This document shows, piece after piece, positions 22,831 to 38,369 of a stretch of 64,000 bases of DNA. The DNA comes from Haliotis rubra (lineage: Eukaryota). The position numbers and the translations under genes were made by a program. Position 1 is the first letter of the stretch; every line of letters begins with the position of its first letter. The DNA lies in assembly GCF_003918875.1 (NCBI RefSeq), contig NW_025765503.1, forward strand, positions 1,550,001 to 1,614,000, read 5' to 3'. The notes beneath the pieces are model-generated. The model was not told the origin of the DNA, made no database searches, and saw only the letters and a program-made list of their open reading frames with translations.

Positions 22831-25764
22831 ACGCGTGAACGGAACGTGAGAGGTGTTTAACATGACCATTGCACAGCACGCCCTTGGCAAAGACAATAAC
22901 CAAGCAGGATTCTATACATCAGTCCTGAATCTGCGAGGAAAATGTAGACTAATTAAGCCGTATTCTTGAGAGGGAAATCGAGATGGATCAGTGGTTATTC
23001 ACACCAGGATACATGATTAGGGTCAAAATAACAAAAGAGAGTTGGCTTTCTCTGATGCATACCTATTCTGGTGCCATTCATTAACATCAGTATGCAGCTT
23101 AGAGTAAAATCCGAAATTAAGGAAATGGAAAAACATGATAGTAGTGAAAATAATTTGCACTGACACGCGCAGGTTCAAACAAATGTTGGCAAACAGGCAC
23201 TCAGAAAGAACATGCACAAGGATCCGCATGAAAGTTGAATGTGAATTTCCTCATCTGGATTTGTGGGGATGAAATGAAGGGTTTGTGGGTCATCGCTTCA
23301 CAGTGATCACTTGAGCAATACGTACTTAAGAGTTTCACAAAAAGTGTTATATTCAATGACCACTAAGATGACTTCAAAGCCTATATTTTCCCTTTCCGGT
23401 ATCAGAGCAAAAGAAGGGACGTAGAAGTGCTTAATATATCCATTGCCCATTGGCAAAGACAATAAAACAGCAAGACGCCATACCCCTGAATATTCATTGG
23501 CTGCTTTTAATGGGTCCTTCCATTCATGGATTTTTACTCATATGATACGGGTCAATGGACTCGACAGAGGAAAAGAAAACCTTAGCTCGTAAATTATTTC
23601 ACTAACTTCAAGTAGGCATGAGACAGTTAAACTCGCTGGTTCGGGTAAATGCGTAATTACAAACCCCAAGGAAACAAAATCTCATATGGACCACATGGGC
23701 CGTGTTGAAAGTGACACATAAACTGACTGTTTCCTTCAGTTTCTGCAATTAAAACCACTTAATGCACTTAACCAATTCGGAAGACATACTTTTATACTAA
23801 AGAACGTGTAACTGTTTTCAAAGTTGCAACATGAACAGTATAAACCTTCCATCAAATGTAAAACGCTTTTCAAGACTGGACTGTAAGTTGAATTAATAAA
23901 CAGTTCAATAAACATAGTCTACATGTTATTTCCTTTATATGCAATGATGCGAAAGTAATATATTGTGTGAGTGTCGGGATTTGTTTTCTTACATAAAGAA
24001 ATTACAACAGCTTCAGTTCACACTTACAACAAACAAAATGATGCAAATATATTTGGCACATCATCTCATAATTAGCTTCCTTTTGTAATGGTGTGTTTTG
24101 AAAAAAAATCTGTTTTAGATATTTGAATGCTTATCGTAATTAACATATTAATAAAAATATAGATAAGTTAATATTCATTCCATGCCATTCGGGTTCAACA
24201 GCTAGGCCCGTAGCTAAACTTCATTAGACCTGTGGGGATAAATTAAATGTTTTAACTTTTAAGAGATTACCAAAGTGATTGCATCCACCTCATTCCCTGC
24301 ATCCATAAACTCATTTGGTTGTGAATGACTTTATTGTATTCGTGAATTACGTTAACCTTCAATCTGTTCTCAAGAACCATGCATAAACGCATGAATTGGG
24401 TGACAGTGGCGACTGAGGAGTTGACAGCAGAACGGAAATTGAGTTTATCAGAAACACTGTAAAATCATTTGGTTTACTTTTGCCTTAACATATGAATATA
24501 TAGCATGCATAGAAATCGAATGTAAAGGAATAATGTAATTTATTCGTTTATTCGTGATCCTGTTCATTGTTATATGTGTAGCACAGCCGACATATCAGCC
24601 TTAATTCTATATGCGCGACAGTATACACCGCCATGAATTATGCACTAAACACTTGAACATGTAATTGTTTAAAGTAAAATGCATGCAATATTTACAAAGC
24701 TTTACCATCACTTGTGCAAGGGCTGACAATATCATGGCATCTATTAAATCTACACACAAAAAAAGGTTTGGTCTCTATGTGAACAAGCAAAAAACAGAAG
24801 CTAAACAAAGACAATATTGTAGCCCTTTCCCTTGTGAACAATTACACAATAGGTCATGTTTGATAACATACTTTGTCAACAATGTCTTCATATATCACTT
24901 TAAAAATAATAACGGTGTATATGTATTGATACAAGTGTCTCTTAACTCTGTTTCATGTCAAGTGACAGATCGGGCTCATTATTAAAAATGTAATGTCTGT
25001 AGAAAATACGTAATGACGCTTGCTTCAACAATTTTGAACATATGAAAACGTCTATTGAAATAATATTTCAATGATCTCTCTAGGGAGCAATTTGAAAAGC
25101 CATTGCGTCACATTGCACTAGTTCATCATGAATGCATTAACAAACAACAAATAAATTACGACCAGGTTTCCATTACGGAAAATTATTTAATCAAAGTAAG
25201 TGGCATTCATTTTCATTCACAATTTCATTTGATTGTGCTTCGTTTGCTTACGCGTTTTCAGATTTGTTATTTTCATGTTGGTACTTGTAACAGAGAAACA
25301 CTACAAGCGTGTATCAAATTCATTTCAGTGAATTGTCTTATATTTGACAAACACATACTCTCCTGAAATAATTGGAACATTGACACCGCTCATATGGTTT
25401 CAATGGTAAACAGTTTTGGAGCTGCGTGGGGTGTGTTTTATCATCTGATGTAGATAATGTGTTTACTTTGAGTGACTGGCCAAAACGACAATATGATAAT
25501 TCGGGATATTAATGTGTTGAAACTGTTAAAACAATAACGTTTTTGTTATTTTAGTGGTGAAATCCACGTTTTGCCTTCATTCGTTAAGTCATTGCGCATA
25601 TATAAATGTGAACATAATTGTTCAAGCAATCGTCACATGAAACGGTCACGTGTTACACATATAACGTTTCGTATTCCAGTGGTGAAATCCATGTCTGCTT
25701 AAATCTATCAAGTTATAGTCCGATTGATTGTATGAATAATGGTGTATGTAATTGTTGAAAATAC

Positions 25765-25830
25765 TGTCACGTGGTACACATATGACGGCATGGAAAGTGC
25801 CCACGTGATCTCTGAAGATAAGTATATATA
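25765..25830 (+). promoter_or_regulatory. Gene 2 promoter: inverted E-box pair plus TATA
   Basis: TGTCACGTGG 25765, CCACGTGATC 25801, TATATA 25823; extra GGTCACGTG at 25644. Confidence 0.72.
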
Positions 25831-25896
25831 GAGGCCACCTTAGTGTTGTAGTATCATCTTCATCACTGGTGTATCGTCTAGTCAAGTCTGTTCATC

Positions 25897-27175
25897 ATGA
25901 AGGTAATATAAACGATCTGCATGGTTTGTTTTCATGCTATGTGGAGAGTACGTCTTTGGAATTTAACGACTTTGAAAATGACTCATTTGTTGATGAAAGC
26001 AATGCTTGAACCTGCGACACATTTAGAAACATACAGCTCAGTGGTGAAATATCGTTAAGTCGATCGCGGTTTAATTAATTACTTAATGCAAGGTCATGTG
26101 GACAGACGCAAAATGACATAACGACGTGTGTCTTAGAACTATGGACAATGAAAATCGGATATGATAAATGAGAGTATTAAGAGGTTTTTTAAATGAAAAG
26201 GAAGTACAGTGTTGTTCTTCTGCAATAAATGTATGAATGAATGGGTACCTAGAAGCTGTTATAGCCGTACAAATGGAAAAAGTTGATGAATAGCGTTTTC
26301 CAAAATGAAGTACATGTAGGTGGTCTATAGGTCTTTGCTCATATAGATTATAGAGTTGTTATATATTTTTGTATTTAATCACGCGATTCCCACTGAGACT
26401 CGAATTACTAACAATTTGTTCACAGAGACGCATATATTGTTATGTGTAGTGCAGATTAACAGATGCCAGTTTCGAATCTTTTCAAATGTTGCATCCACCA
26501 AGAGCTTGCATTCTAGGCTATCTGTCTGCCATGGTTTAATCCAACATCAGTCAAATAGCGTTACTATTGGAAGCATCATGTAAACACAATTTTCTGCATT
26601 TTCCCAACTAGCGGCTATTTTAGTCTTTACTTATTCTTTGTTTTCAGTTCCTCGTTGCTGTGGTGTCCGTCATGGTCTGCTCTGCCATGGCCCAGGTGCA
26701 TCTCCTTGGAAAAGGTGCTGGAAGTTTCGGTGTTGGACATATCGCTGGTAAAGGCTATGGCTACAACCCATACAATAACTATGGCTACAGTGGATACGGT
26801 AACGGTAAAGGTGTTGGCAACGTTGGTGTTGCTGGGGCAGGCTATGGCTACAACCCCTACAACAACAACTATGGGTACAACGGCTATGGCTACGGTAAAG
26901 GCGTTGGCAACGTTGGTGTCGGAAAGGATTACGGTAATGACTATAACCCCTACAACTACAACAACAAAGGCTACGGTAAAGGTGTTGCTGGTCACGGAGC
27001 TGGTCTTGTTGGACATGGAACCTTCGTTGGACACGGTCCCTTCAATGCTGGACATGGATCTTTCGTTGGAAACAACGTTGCCGGAAACGGTGTTTATGGA
27101 CATGGTGGACCCTTCGTTGGTCATAGAGTTGCTGGTTCATTCGTCAACAAAGCCAGTCCGTATTACTACCACTAG
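25897..27175 (+). CDS. Secreted Gly/Tyr/Asn/His-rich protein, copy 2 (177 aa, full tail ...SPYYYH)
   Basis: Exon 1 25897-25902, exon 2 26648-27175. GGA at 27107 where paralogs have TGA. Confidence 0.88.
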
Positions 27176-29292
27176 AGACATATGCTCAAATGCCTTATGT
27201 GTGAATGTTTTTTTATACTGCATTGATTTGTTCTTTACATCTATAAAATGGATAAAATGTATCTAGCACACCATCGTATTGTATTCATTCCAATAGCCGT
27301 ATTCCATGTCAACTATATCTTGTCCGTTCTGATCTGGACTACACGTAACTGGCGTTCTATCAGTTTTAGCAGCTCATCATCAACAATTAACGCAGATCAC
27401 GCATTTTCTCATGATAGTTTTAATGTATCTGTTGGAATTCATAGCATCACATATTTACCCCTTAACCTACACACACTTGTATGTAGTATCTAGCAATGAA
27501 AACAGTAACAGGCTGATTAAATAAAGCTAACAATTATTTGCTAAAATCACTGATTCCGTGTTGATAAGTACATATAACTCCTACATGAAGCCTCCGCAGA
27601 CACATAGCCACGCACGCACTTGCACACACTTTTAATTGTCGGATGCAAACTGAAAGTTGATGATTGTATGCTCATATCTTACTCAAATAAAAATGAATAT
27701 ATGACCACAACATTCAGTAACAAGCGTTGATTGTGTTACACTTACTTAATGTGTTTTATACATAAGCCAGACATGTTGTTGTTGCTGCATAAAAACATAG
27801 ATACAGCTTTTACAGTTTCAAAGTTGTTATTCTACCGAGGTGTGCTGAAGTAGTCTTGTGCTGAAACCATTCGCTTTTCGCGAAATCAAGGTTTGGATTC
27901 GTGTGAGGATACGTGTGTGGATGTCTTTCCTTGTGTGTCATGTCATTATATTGCTTGAATATTTAAAACAAATTCCTTCAAAAACGTATCAACTCATACA
28001 TGCCAAACTAGTCCATGCTGGGAGTGGGTACACGTTCAGTGATTGTTGTATAATTTAACATCATATTGATATTTTTATAGCATTTTTATTTGTACTGTAA
28101 ACCAAACATTTTACTATGTTTGTTACACACAGACACAATAGGATGTTCTTTAAATCTGAGTCAATCTTTCAAAGGTTTTCACGACAAAAGTCAATCAGCT
28201 CATCCAGGGGTGATATCATCACATATGCCATAGCTATTCAACTTCCAATCCATTATTATGCAATGTCAATCTTTTGAATAGATAGTGAATCTCATTTTGA
28301 TACCCGATCCTTGCTACTTATTTATATAACATAATCTTTACGATTGACGTCAAACATGAATATCAATTTCTACACAAAATCCAGAAGTTTCATATAATGA
28401 TTAAGACGGTATACTTATTTGTCTAAGGAATTATAATCACAGTCGGGGATATTGGTAATATAACATTGGTCTGTAAGAATATCAGCCATCTAATGTCATC
28501 TAAAAATCATGAGCAAAAGCAATGACGACAGACAATCAATCAGGTCGAGAATTTGCGGTTAACCTTCAGTTGCTTAGAGAAACACATATTGAAATAACTG
28601 ATAGAAACGGAGAAGTATGAATGTGTCCACTGCCCAACATGCCCTTGGAAAAGTCAACAGCCTCCATCCAGCGGAATGCGCATCGGATCCATCTAATTAG
28701 TCCCTCCATTCATAGAATGTTTATTCATACAGTTTAGATCGATGAACTCAACAGGGGCAAGTTTAGAGTTAGGTTATAATTTACGACATTTTGATCATTT
28801 AAAAGTATTCTGGGAATATTGCTGAATTCTAAGTTAGACAGAAAGAGAAAACGCTTTCAGATATGTTGCGATTCGGGAAAAGCCGCCGCTACGCCTCATT
28901 AACCTCAGAGGTATCAGATTTATATGCGATGGTGAATACGATAGCGATACATGTAGTGATTGAGTCTACCTCATTCCCTGTCTTCCTCCTTTAGGTCCGG
29001 CGTGAATCGCTTTATTGTACTCGTTGTTCGTGGCTTCAGTTTGTTGACGAGAAGCATTCATAACCGCCTCAAATGCAACAATGCCGATGAATGAGCCGAT
29101 GAAATTAAGTTAATTGGAAATATTGTGTTGAGTGAAATTAACATATCCAAATGCTCTGCCTTCAGGAAAAATACATGCTCAAATACTTTTTTACTTTCTG
29201 CCCGATTTAGAGCTCGGAAACGGCTTAGAACGAGTAGAAATCACTTTCAAAATACAAACGAGAAAGGTTGATGTCATTGTGTCTGTTAGTGT

Positions 29293-29435
29293 GGAGAGTG
29301 GGATAGCTTTGTGGTTAAAACCGAAGTCACTTGTCACGCCGAAGGGCTGGGTACGATTCCTCTAATGGGTATAATGGGTAATTCCCTTTTCTCTGGATCG
29401 TAACAATGTTGGAGCATTGCTAAAAGCGTCGTAAA
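29293..29435 (+). mobile_element. Degenerate tRNA-derived SINE (duplicated with the unit)
   Basis: GGGATAGCTTTGTGGTTAAA...GTCACGCCGAAGGGCTGGGTACGATTCC; same flanks as the 21754 copy. Confidence 0.55.
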
Positions 29436-32371
29436 ATATATTTTTTATAAACAGAACAGTCTGATGGCAAGGACATTTTCGCACAAGAAATTATTACAAA
29501 TAGAAATTATGTCTTAGTTGACAAACCCCCAACTGCCTGATCTATTTATCTACACTATTTAACTGCGTTTAAGGCACGTAGTGTGAATGACAGATGCCAC
29601 CATGACTGTTTTTTAGTGGTTCATTCACACAAGTTTCACACCTACATTTATTTTGTTCTTGACCACAAATGAATTCTGAGAATAGTCAAGAGTGAATATT
29701 CTTTTGCGTTTACGCACATAAGGGTATAATTTTAATTGTCTAAAGATTTTAACTTTGTACCCAGATACTGCATCACTGTTTAGCCATCGACTGGTTATCT
29801 CATCTTACAACAAGCAGTGGAGTATTTGATAATAGTACATGTACAAGCTCGGACTTATCACCAAATACCAAAGAACATCGTCAAGTACAATATAATATAA
29901 ATGCCAGCACTATTCACATCATGTTCGGGATATTCACAATGCAAACTATTGTATATTCACTTATCCTAAATTCAAGTGAACGACTGAGTGAAGAATATCT
30001 AAATCATAGTTGACAATGGGTCAGTGGTAATTCACACTAGGACACATAGTCAGGACAAAATGACAATAGAGAGTGTTCCTTCTATGTTGGATACCTATCC
30101 CGATGCCATTCATATTCTCCACTACCAGGCATGGAGACTTGATTATAGATGATTTTCATCTGAATGAAATCCAAAATTTAAGAAATGGAAAAACTAAATA
30201 TTAGTGAAAATGCTCTGGCAGTGACACGAGCAAGTTCAAAGAAATTCAAATAAATAGAAAGAGCATGCAAATAGATTCACATGAATGTTGATGGTGATTT
30301 TCCTGTACCAGATCTGTGAGGATGAAATGAATGGATTGTGGGCGTTTCACACATTAAGATAATCACGTCACAAAGATCACTCGAGCAGTACGTTTCGACG
30401 AGTCTCACAACGTGAAAGTAATAAATATTTATGACCTACCATCAGTTTTATAGAGGCTCAAATTGGAAATAATCTTCGAATGTAATTTATTTACGAGCAT
30501 ACATCGACGACATATAACCAGGGTTTTATTTGTTGTAAGCACCATTTAGATGAATTCAAAGCGTACATTTTAATTTTACATTCCAATATCCCAGTAACGG
30601 AAGGAACGAGAGAGGTGTTTAATATATCCATTGCCCAACACGCTCTTAGCAATGTTAAAAACCCAAGAGCTTGGCAAAGTAAACAACCCAGCAAGACTCC
30701 ATACCCCTGAACCTGAATTTAATTATCTTCCATTCATGGATTCTTACTCATATTATATGGGTCAATCGACACGACAGAGGAAAAGAAAAGCTGAGATCGT
30801 AATTTACTTCACTAACTTGAAAGTAGACTTGAGGCAGTACGTTCAAATGCGTAATAGGAAATAGGATCTCATATGGATCACATGGGTTGCATTACATAAA
30901 AGTGATACTTAAACTGATTGTTTCATTCAGTTTCTAGAATTACATAAAGCACTTAATGCAACGCTTTAATCTATAAACGCTTTTGAACTGAGAGAAGTTA
31001 ACGTGAAAGAAATTAAGGTTAAGGTGAGTGTTTTCTGCCCATTGCACTCATCATGAAATGCATTGGAAACCTATTTTGAAGATATGCTTTAATACTAAGG
31101 CACAGGTAACATAAACAGCATAAATCGAACAAACTTAAACACTTTTCAAGAGACGTTTTGCTATTTCCTTCACATAACAATGCAAAAGTAATATATGAAG
31201 TCGAAATATTACTTGCATAAAATGTGAATGTAAAATGATAATGTTATCGATAGTGACCAAAGTAAATTATTCGTTTATTTGTGACCTGTTCATTAGCATA
31301 CGTGTGGCACAGCCTTATTATCATCCTATATGAGCGACAGTACACACTGCCATGCATTATACATCAAACGTCGGTATTTGCTTAAAGTAAAATATATTCA
31401 ACGCTTTCAAAATTGTAACATTTCTTGACCAACAGCTGAAAATTTCATAACATATATTTAATCTACACACAAAGTAAAGTCTCGTCTCTATTTGAACAAG
31501 CACGAAACAAAAACAGTACTTTAACACTGTCCCTGGTAAAAAAAATTGCCATTGTCAAACAACATTACTTTTATACTTCCATTTTTCGGGAAATTTTGTG
31601 AATGGGGGGTGCTACATTTACATTTTGTAGGGCAGGACATGCATACACCTGAACACCTAATTTTCAGTGGTATAGTTAATACAATTTCCATTTACCCATT
31701 TACAGAATTTGTTTTTCTGAGGATAGTCAATATTGGGTATTTTTTGCACTGACGTGCTCTTTTTTTTTTCTATTAGACAATTAAATTCGAATACACAATG
31801 TGTCTTGACATACTTTTTACATTGATAACACCGCTCACATGACAGCAATAGTAAACAGGATTTCATTTGTGTGGAACGTGTTTTACCCTTCTTTGGGAAG
31901 TGACTGACTAAATGACAACGTGATAATCCAAGAGATTGATACATCGTTTTTATGAAATTGTTTTGCTTAGGGCAGCATTTCTAAGTTTTGTGTTTCTCAT
32001 CTCCCGACCGACCCTTCTAATTGTATTGCCGACGCCCCACAAAAACGATGTTTTTTTTCATTCCAACACCCCCGACTCGAACCCAAAACGTACCGCCTGG
32101 TCATACAAAATATTTATCTAGCTGAAATGTTTTAATCAGTTGCAAGTCCAAGTAAATTGTAATAAGAATTATAATAAATGAGAATCAAGTGCATTATTCG
32201 GATAATTTTGTCTTTCTTTTTTTTCCCGACCGACTGACCGACCGACCGACCCATATTCAGAATTTGGTAGCTACGTGAAACACATTAAAAAAATGATGCC
32301 CTTACATTCAATTCCGAGTGATCGTACAAATAAAGATGTAGGCAATTATTCAAGCGGTTGCCACATGATAC

Positions 32372-32444
32372 GGTCAGGTGGTATGCATTTAACGATGTAA
32401 CGGCATGGCGAGTGCCCACGTGACCACTGAGAATCAGTATAAAT
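32372..32444 (+). promoter_or_regulatory. Gene 3 promoter: E-box pair (first is a CAGGTG variant) plus TATAAA
   Basis: GGTCAGGTGG 32372, CCACGTGACC 32416, TATAAA 32438. Confidence 0.7.
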
Positions 32445-32514
32445 GGGTGCCACCTTATAGAAACAGTATCAGTCATCCCATCACTGGTGTGTCGTCTAGT
32501 CAAGTCTGTTCATC

Positions 32515-33754
32515 ATGAAGGTAATATAAACGATCTGCATGTGTATTTTATTTTCTTAAGTGTAATTTGTTGAGATTTAGGAGGACTCTTAAGGTGGGGA
32601 AAACAGGGTTGAATCTCCGAATTATGAGATACATATACAATCATACGTAAGTCGTGAACTTCTTTACTCAATGAATGCCATGTGAAACAGCGGCCTTATT
32701 GTTATGAACGGACACGTGTTATTTGTCCCCAGTATGACATGTGTCATAAAACTGTGGACATTGCAAATCTGATATGATAAATTAGAGTAACTTTTAATGA
32801 ATAAGAGTATCCAACGAAAAGGAAAGTCCGGACAGTTTCGTACTTTATCTGCGATGGATGTATCAATGAACGTGAAAGTAGAAGCGATTATAGCAATAAA
32901 AGGTTGACGAAGAGGGTTTTTAAACGTTATTTAAGTACATGAGTACATGGTCTACAGCTCTTTTTTCATACAATTTGTACAATTATTATCTTTTTTTTTT
33001 TTAATTGACAATTCTCACACGGCTTATTCGGACTGCTAACAATTTGTTTCAAGAGGCACATTACTTTTTTCATGTGCATGAAGATGTGCTAGTTTCGAAT
33101 CTTTCAAAATGATGCAAACACAAAAACTGCATTCAGGGATGTCTGTCGAACATCGGTCATACAGCATTACTATTGTAAACATTAAATCAAAACAGTAAAT
33201 AAAGTTTCTCTATTTTCATATTTCAGTTTCCCCTTATTTTCTGTTTACAGTTCGTCGTCGCTGTGTTGTCCGCCATGGTCTGCTCTGCCATGGCCCAAGT
33301 GTCTCTCCTTGGTAAAGGAGTTGGGAATTTCGGTGTTGGCTTCAACAATGGACACATTGCTGGTAAAGGCTATGGCTACAACCCATACAATAACTATGGC
33401 TACAACGGATACGGATACGGTAACGGTAACGGTAAAGGCGTTGGCAACGTTGGAGTTGCTGGTACAGGCTATGGCTACAACCCCTACGACTATGGCCACA
33501 ACGGCTATGCCTACGGTAAAGGTGTTGGCAACGTTGGTGCCGGAAAGGTTTACAGTAACGACTACAACCCCTACAACTACAACAACAATGGCTACGGTAA
33601 AGGTGTTGCTGGTCACGGAGCTGGTCTTGTAGGATACGGACCTTTCGTTACTGGACACAGTCCCTTCATTGCTGGACACGGCCTTTACGGACATGATGGC
33701 CGCATTGCTGGACATGGACCTTTCGTCGGAAACGGTGTTTATGGACATGGTTGA
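32515..33754 (+). CDS. Secreted Gly/Tyr/Asn/His-rich protein, copy 3 (169 aa)
   Basis: Exon 1 32515-32520, exon 2 33251-33754. TGA, then an open 21-codon tail to TAG 33820. Confidence 0.88.
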
Positions 33755-34081
33755 CCCTTTGTTGGTCATGGAGTTGCTGGTTCATTCGTCAAGAAAGCTA
33801 GTCCGTATTACTACCGCTAGACATATGCGTACATGCCTTATGTGTGAATGTTTTATACTGTATTGATGTGTTCTCCTTATCAATAAAATGGATAAATGTA
33901 CGTTGTGTATTGTATTCATTCAAACAATCGTATTCCACGTCAACTATACTGTGTCCGTATTGATCTCGAATTTACGTCTTTTGCAATTGGGAACATTCAG
34001 ATTGAAGGTAAACGAAAATCAATGATTTGTAGTAGATAATCATCTTCGATTAACAAGAAGATCACAAGTCTTCTCCTTACA

Positions 34082-34251
34082 GTGATTGAGTGAGTGAGGT
34101 TAGCTTAACGCCGCTTTTAGCAATATTCCAGCAATATCGCGGCGGGGGGCACCAGAAATTGGCTTCACACATTGTACCCAAGCGGAGAATCGAACCCGGG
34201 CCTTCGGCGTGACGAGCCAACGCTTTAACCACTAGACTACCCCACCGCCCC
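34082..34251 (-). mobile_element. tRNA-derived SINE with (CACT)n tail
   Basis: Minus strand GGGGCGGTGGGGTAGTCTAGTGGTTAAAGCG (box A)...GGTTCGATTC (box B)...CTCACTCACTCA. Confidence 0.85.
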
Positions 34252-34340
34252 CTCACGTGTATGTAATATCCAGGCAAGCAAACCACTGATTCAGTATCTA
34301 CAAGAACATAGGTGAAACTCCTGTCCTAAGATCCGCCTCC

Positions 34341-34410
34341 TCACACACACACACACACCCACACACACACATACACACGCGCGCACGCACGCACGCCTGC
34401 ACTCACACAC
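34341..34410. repeat. (CA)n/(GCAC)n microsatellite
   Basis: Direct reading. Confidence 0.9.
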
Positions 34411-37382
34411 AACTGTATCTGAGATAAACTGACAGTTGATATGCTACTCAAAGAGTTCGTGCAGTGAATATAAGACCATAGCATTCTGTAACAAAGTGCT
34501 ATTTGCGTTCACATTCACTAAATTGTGTCATAAGGCAATCAAGCTGTTGCTATAGCAATGCATATATACACCGTTTACAGTTTCCAAGTTGGTTAGTGAT
34601 TGTGATATAACTGGGCATGATATTGATATTTCCTATAGCATTTGGTTTCTTCTGTATTCCCTTCTGCAAACACACAGTGGTCAAATATAACATATTGTAG
34701 TACTTTTGGGGTTGAGTCCCTCCCAGGAAGGTCACCTAACCGCCTGCACACAAAGTCAGCAGCTTACTCACTTAGCCACCGCGGCTTCCTCGAAAATATG
34801 AAAAAGTGAGAAAGTGAGGAATTTCAAATGTAACATATTTTACATTTGACCCTTTTCTAAACCACATTGCGCATTCATGGGGTTGCATACAGTACTCAAT
34901 GCTGTCTAGACTACCAAATGCCAGACTTCTTTTTTTGTGCAAGCTGTGGTGGTTGAGTTGGGTAGACCACTGACTTTTTGTGCTGGCGATTAGGTGCCTG
35001 AATCAGATGGAACCCCCAAAAGTACTACAATCTGTACTTTACTGAGAAAGTGTAATCCCAAATATATCACGTGTTACCATACCATAGAGTATACCTTAAA
35101 TCCGAGTCAGCGTTGTAAAAGAGAATTAGCCCATCCAGGGGTGATATGATTAGATACGCCATACCAGTTTCACGCCCGGTCCATCATTATTTACTTTCAA
35201 TTTTTTGAGTGAGTGAGTGAGTCATATCGGCAGTATTTCAGACACACTGTGACATGAAACGTAGCGCAAGCAATACATGTTGTTGTAAATTCTTGTCATC
35301 AAAGGATTGTCAAATAACTAGACTATCTTAAACCGTTATCTTAAACGTCTTTAAGTTTTAACATTTTTAAAAACCTAATTGCATTATTATGTATTAGGTA
35401 TAATATCCTTATGACTTATATAGTAACATAATTTTAAACATTCTTACCATTGACTTCAAATATGAATCTCAAGTTTAAAAGAAATCAGAACACGATTCAG
35501 AAAATGATCGAGACAGTACACTTACTTGTCAAACGTTCAGGGAAACCACTTGGATTGTAATCGTAATCGGTTATACTTTTTTTTGTAAATTGGCAGTAAA
35601 ACGGTGGTCTGTTAGAACGTAAGCCAGCCATATCATTTATGGATTATGAGCAAAAGCAATGCCGACATCAATCAGGTCGAGAATTTGCCTTCCCTTGCAA
35701 ATCATTTTAATCATACCCGAATTGATGACCTTGTTTTAGATAACCCTGATGACACCCCCACCCCCAAACACCTCCACCCACCCACCAATCCAAAAAAAAA
35801 CACACGTAAAAAGGGGAAAACAAAACATATTTATTGACTGTTTTTGGTGTGATACGGATACGAGCAGGTTCCATCATGCATGATATTTCAGTAAGATGAC
35901 AGTGACAAAATACAAAATAAAGATACTGTCCCACTAAATTTATGAATCGTGTTGGGATTTGTATAATTATATTTGAAAATCTTAACATTATTTAAATATG
36001 TAAGTTATAAAGAGCGGGTGTCAATGTTTCAAATTGAATTAAGTTTTAAAAAATAGTCACCACATAATGCCATTAACGAAATTTTACTATTTCTTCAAAA
36101 TTATCCCCGGTAAAGTGATCTCCCTTTTAATTGCTGCCGATTTATAGCCCGGTTTCATGTTGTATTGTAAGATATAAAGACATATTTTATGGTTCATACT
36201 AGCTTTACACATTATATGTGATAGTCTAGTTATTTTACAGTCCTTTGATGATGGAATTTATATCAACATGCATATATTATGTATGCAAAACGTTTCTAGT
36301 CACGGTATGGCTGAAATATTCAAAAGAGTGAAAGTACATAGTGATGGAATGGGAGTTGAATTGGCATGGCGTACCTTATCCCCGCATGAGCTTATTCCCT
36401 GTTATAACACTGACTTGGATTCAAAGGATACTCTAATGTGTATCGGTAACAAAGATGGTACTGTTTGTAACATATGTTATATTGGGGATTACACTTCCCC
36501 TGTGAAGAACAGATTATTTTGTATTTTAGCTGGTTGAGACCCATTCGGGATTCGAACTCACACAGTAAGAGTCAGGTACCTATAGCTAATCGCCAGCACA
36601 CAAAGTCAGTTCACCACCTCACTTTGCCACCGCGGCTTCCACAAACATGGATAGTTATGTTACATATTTTACATTGGAACACTTTTTATACGACATTGTA
36701 TATTCATGGTTCCAGTTTACCTAAAAACGCAAATGTTACAGAAAATATCATTGACAGTATCATGTCTATTTATACCGCAAGCACTAACCGCGTGATCACT
36801 CAATGTCAAATGTCAGTTTATCCCTGAAAACGTTGTATGTGCGAGAGAGCATGCATGCGTGTGCGTGCGTTCGTGTGTGCGTGCGTTCGTCTTAGGAGTT
36901 TCACATATGTTCTTGTAAATACTGAATCAGCTGTTCTCATGATTAGATATTACTTACATGTGTGTTTCTAAAGGAGAAACTATGTGTATCGCTACGAAAG
37001 GACAGCAGATATATTAAGATTATCAGGGGAAAATATGCGATCTTCGTGTTAATAGTAGATGATGATCTACTAAAACTCTCGTAATTTAGCAAAACATTGA
37101 TTTTCCTTCAGCTTCAACCTGAACGTCCCCTCGACTCCAATTGCACAATACGTAAATCCAGATCATTTCGCACACAATATAGTTAATGTGGAATACGGTT
37201 GTTTGAATGAACACAATACAATATAAAATGTATTCATTTTATCCAGTTTATTGAAATAAAGAACAAGTCAACACAGTACAAAAACATTCAAACACGAGGC
37301 ATTCAACCATATGTCTGTAGTGGTAGTAATAGGGACTGGCTTTGTTGACGAATGAACCAGCAACTCCATGACCAACGAAGAG

Positions 37383-38234
37383 TCAACCATGTCCATAAAC
37401 ACCGTTTCCGACAAAAGGTCCATGTCCAGCAATGCTGCCATCATGTCCGTAAAGTCCGTGTCCAGCAATGAAGGGACCGTGTCCAACGAAAGGTCCGTGT
37501 CCTACAAGACCAGCTCCGTGTCCAGTTACGAATGTGCCAACACCTTTACCGTAGACGTTGTTGTAGTTGTAGGGGTTGTAGTCGTTACCGTAAGCCTTTC
37601 TAGCACCAACCTTGCCAACACCTTTACCGTAGCCATAGCCGTTGTAGGGGTTGTAGCCATAGCCTGTACCAACGACGCCAACGTTGCCAACGCCTTTACC
37701 GTAACCATAGCCGTTGTACCCATAGTTGTTGTTGTAGGGGTTGTAGCCATAGCCTGTACCAACGACGCCAACTTTGCCAACGCCTTTACCGTAACCGTGT
37801 CCGCCATAGCCATAGTTATTGTATGGGTTGTAGCCATTGCCTTTACCAGCAATATTGTTGAAGCCAACACCGAAACTCCCAACTCCTTTACCAAGGAGAG
37901 GCACCTGGGCCATGGCAGAGCAGGCCATCACGGACAAAACAGACACGACGAACTGAAAACAGAATAAGTTCAAACTAAAATAACTCAGTTATGAAAATAC
38001 GGAAATCATGTTCATAAGATGTTCCCAATAACAGTATGATGTCAGGATCACACCAGGATCGATGGATTGATTGATGGATGGATGGATAAAAAATAAACAA
38101 TGAACGACTTAACGCAGTTATACCGCAGAACTTAATTTGTATACCCACAATCTGTTTTCACTGACAAAACACCAAATTCAATCCCAAAACACTTTAAACG
38201 TGATAGAACAACATATCGTTTATATTACCTTCAT
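37383..38234 (-). CDS. Secreted Gly/Tyr/Asn/His-rich protein, copy 4 (191 aa, inverted)
   Basis: Exon 1 38234-38229, exon 2 37952-37383. TGA stop; the tail's TAG has become TAC. Confidence 0.88.
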
Positions 38235-38304
38235 GATGATAAAACTTGACTAGACGGCACACCAGTGATGAGATGAGTGATACTATCACAATAAGGTGGT
38301 CTCC

Positions 38305-38369
38305 ATATATACTTATCTTCAAGGGTCACGTGGTCGTTCACCATGCCGTTATATGTGCACCACGTGACC
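38305..38369 (-). promoter_or_regulatory. Gene 4 promoter: inverted E-box pair plus TATA
   Basis: E-boxes at 38360-38369 and 38324-38333; TATATAT at 38311-38305. Confidence 0.75.
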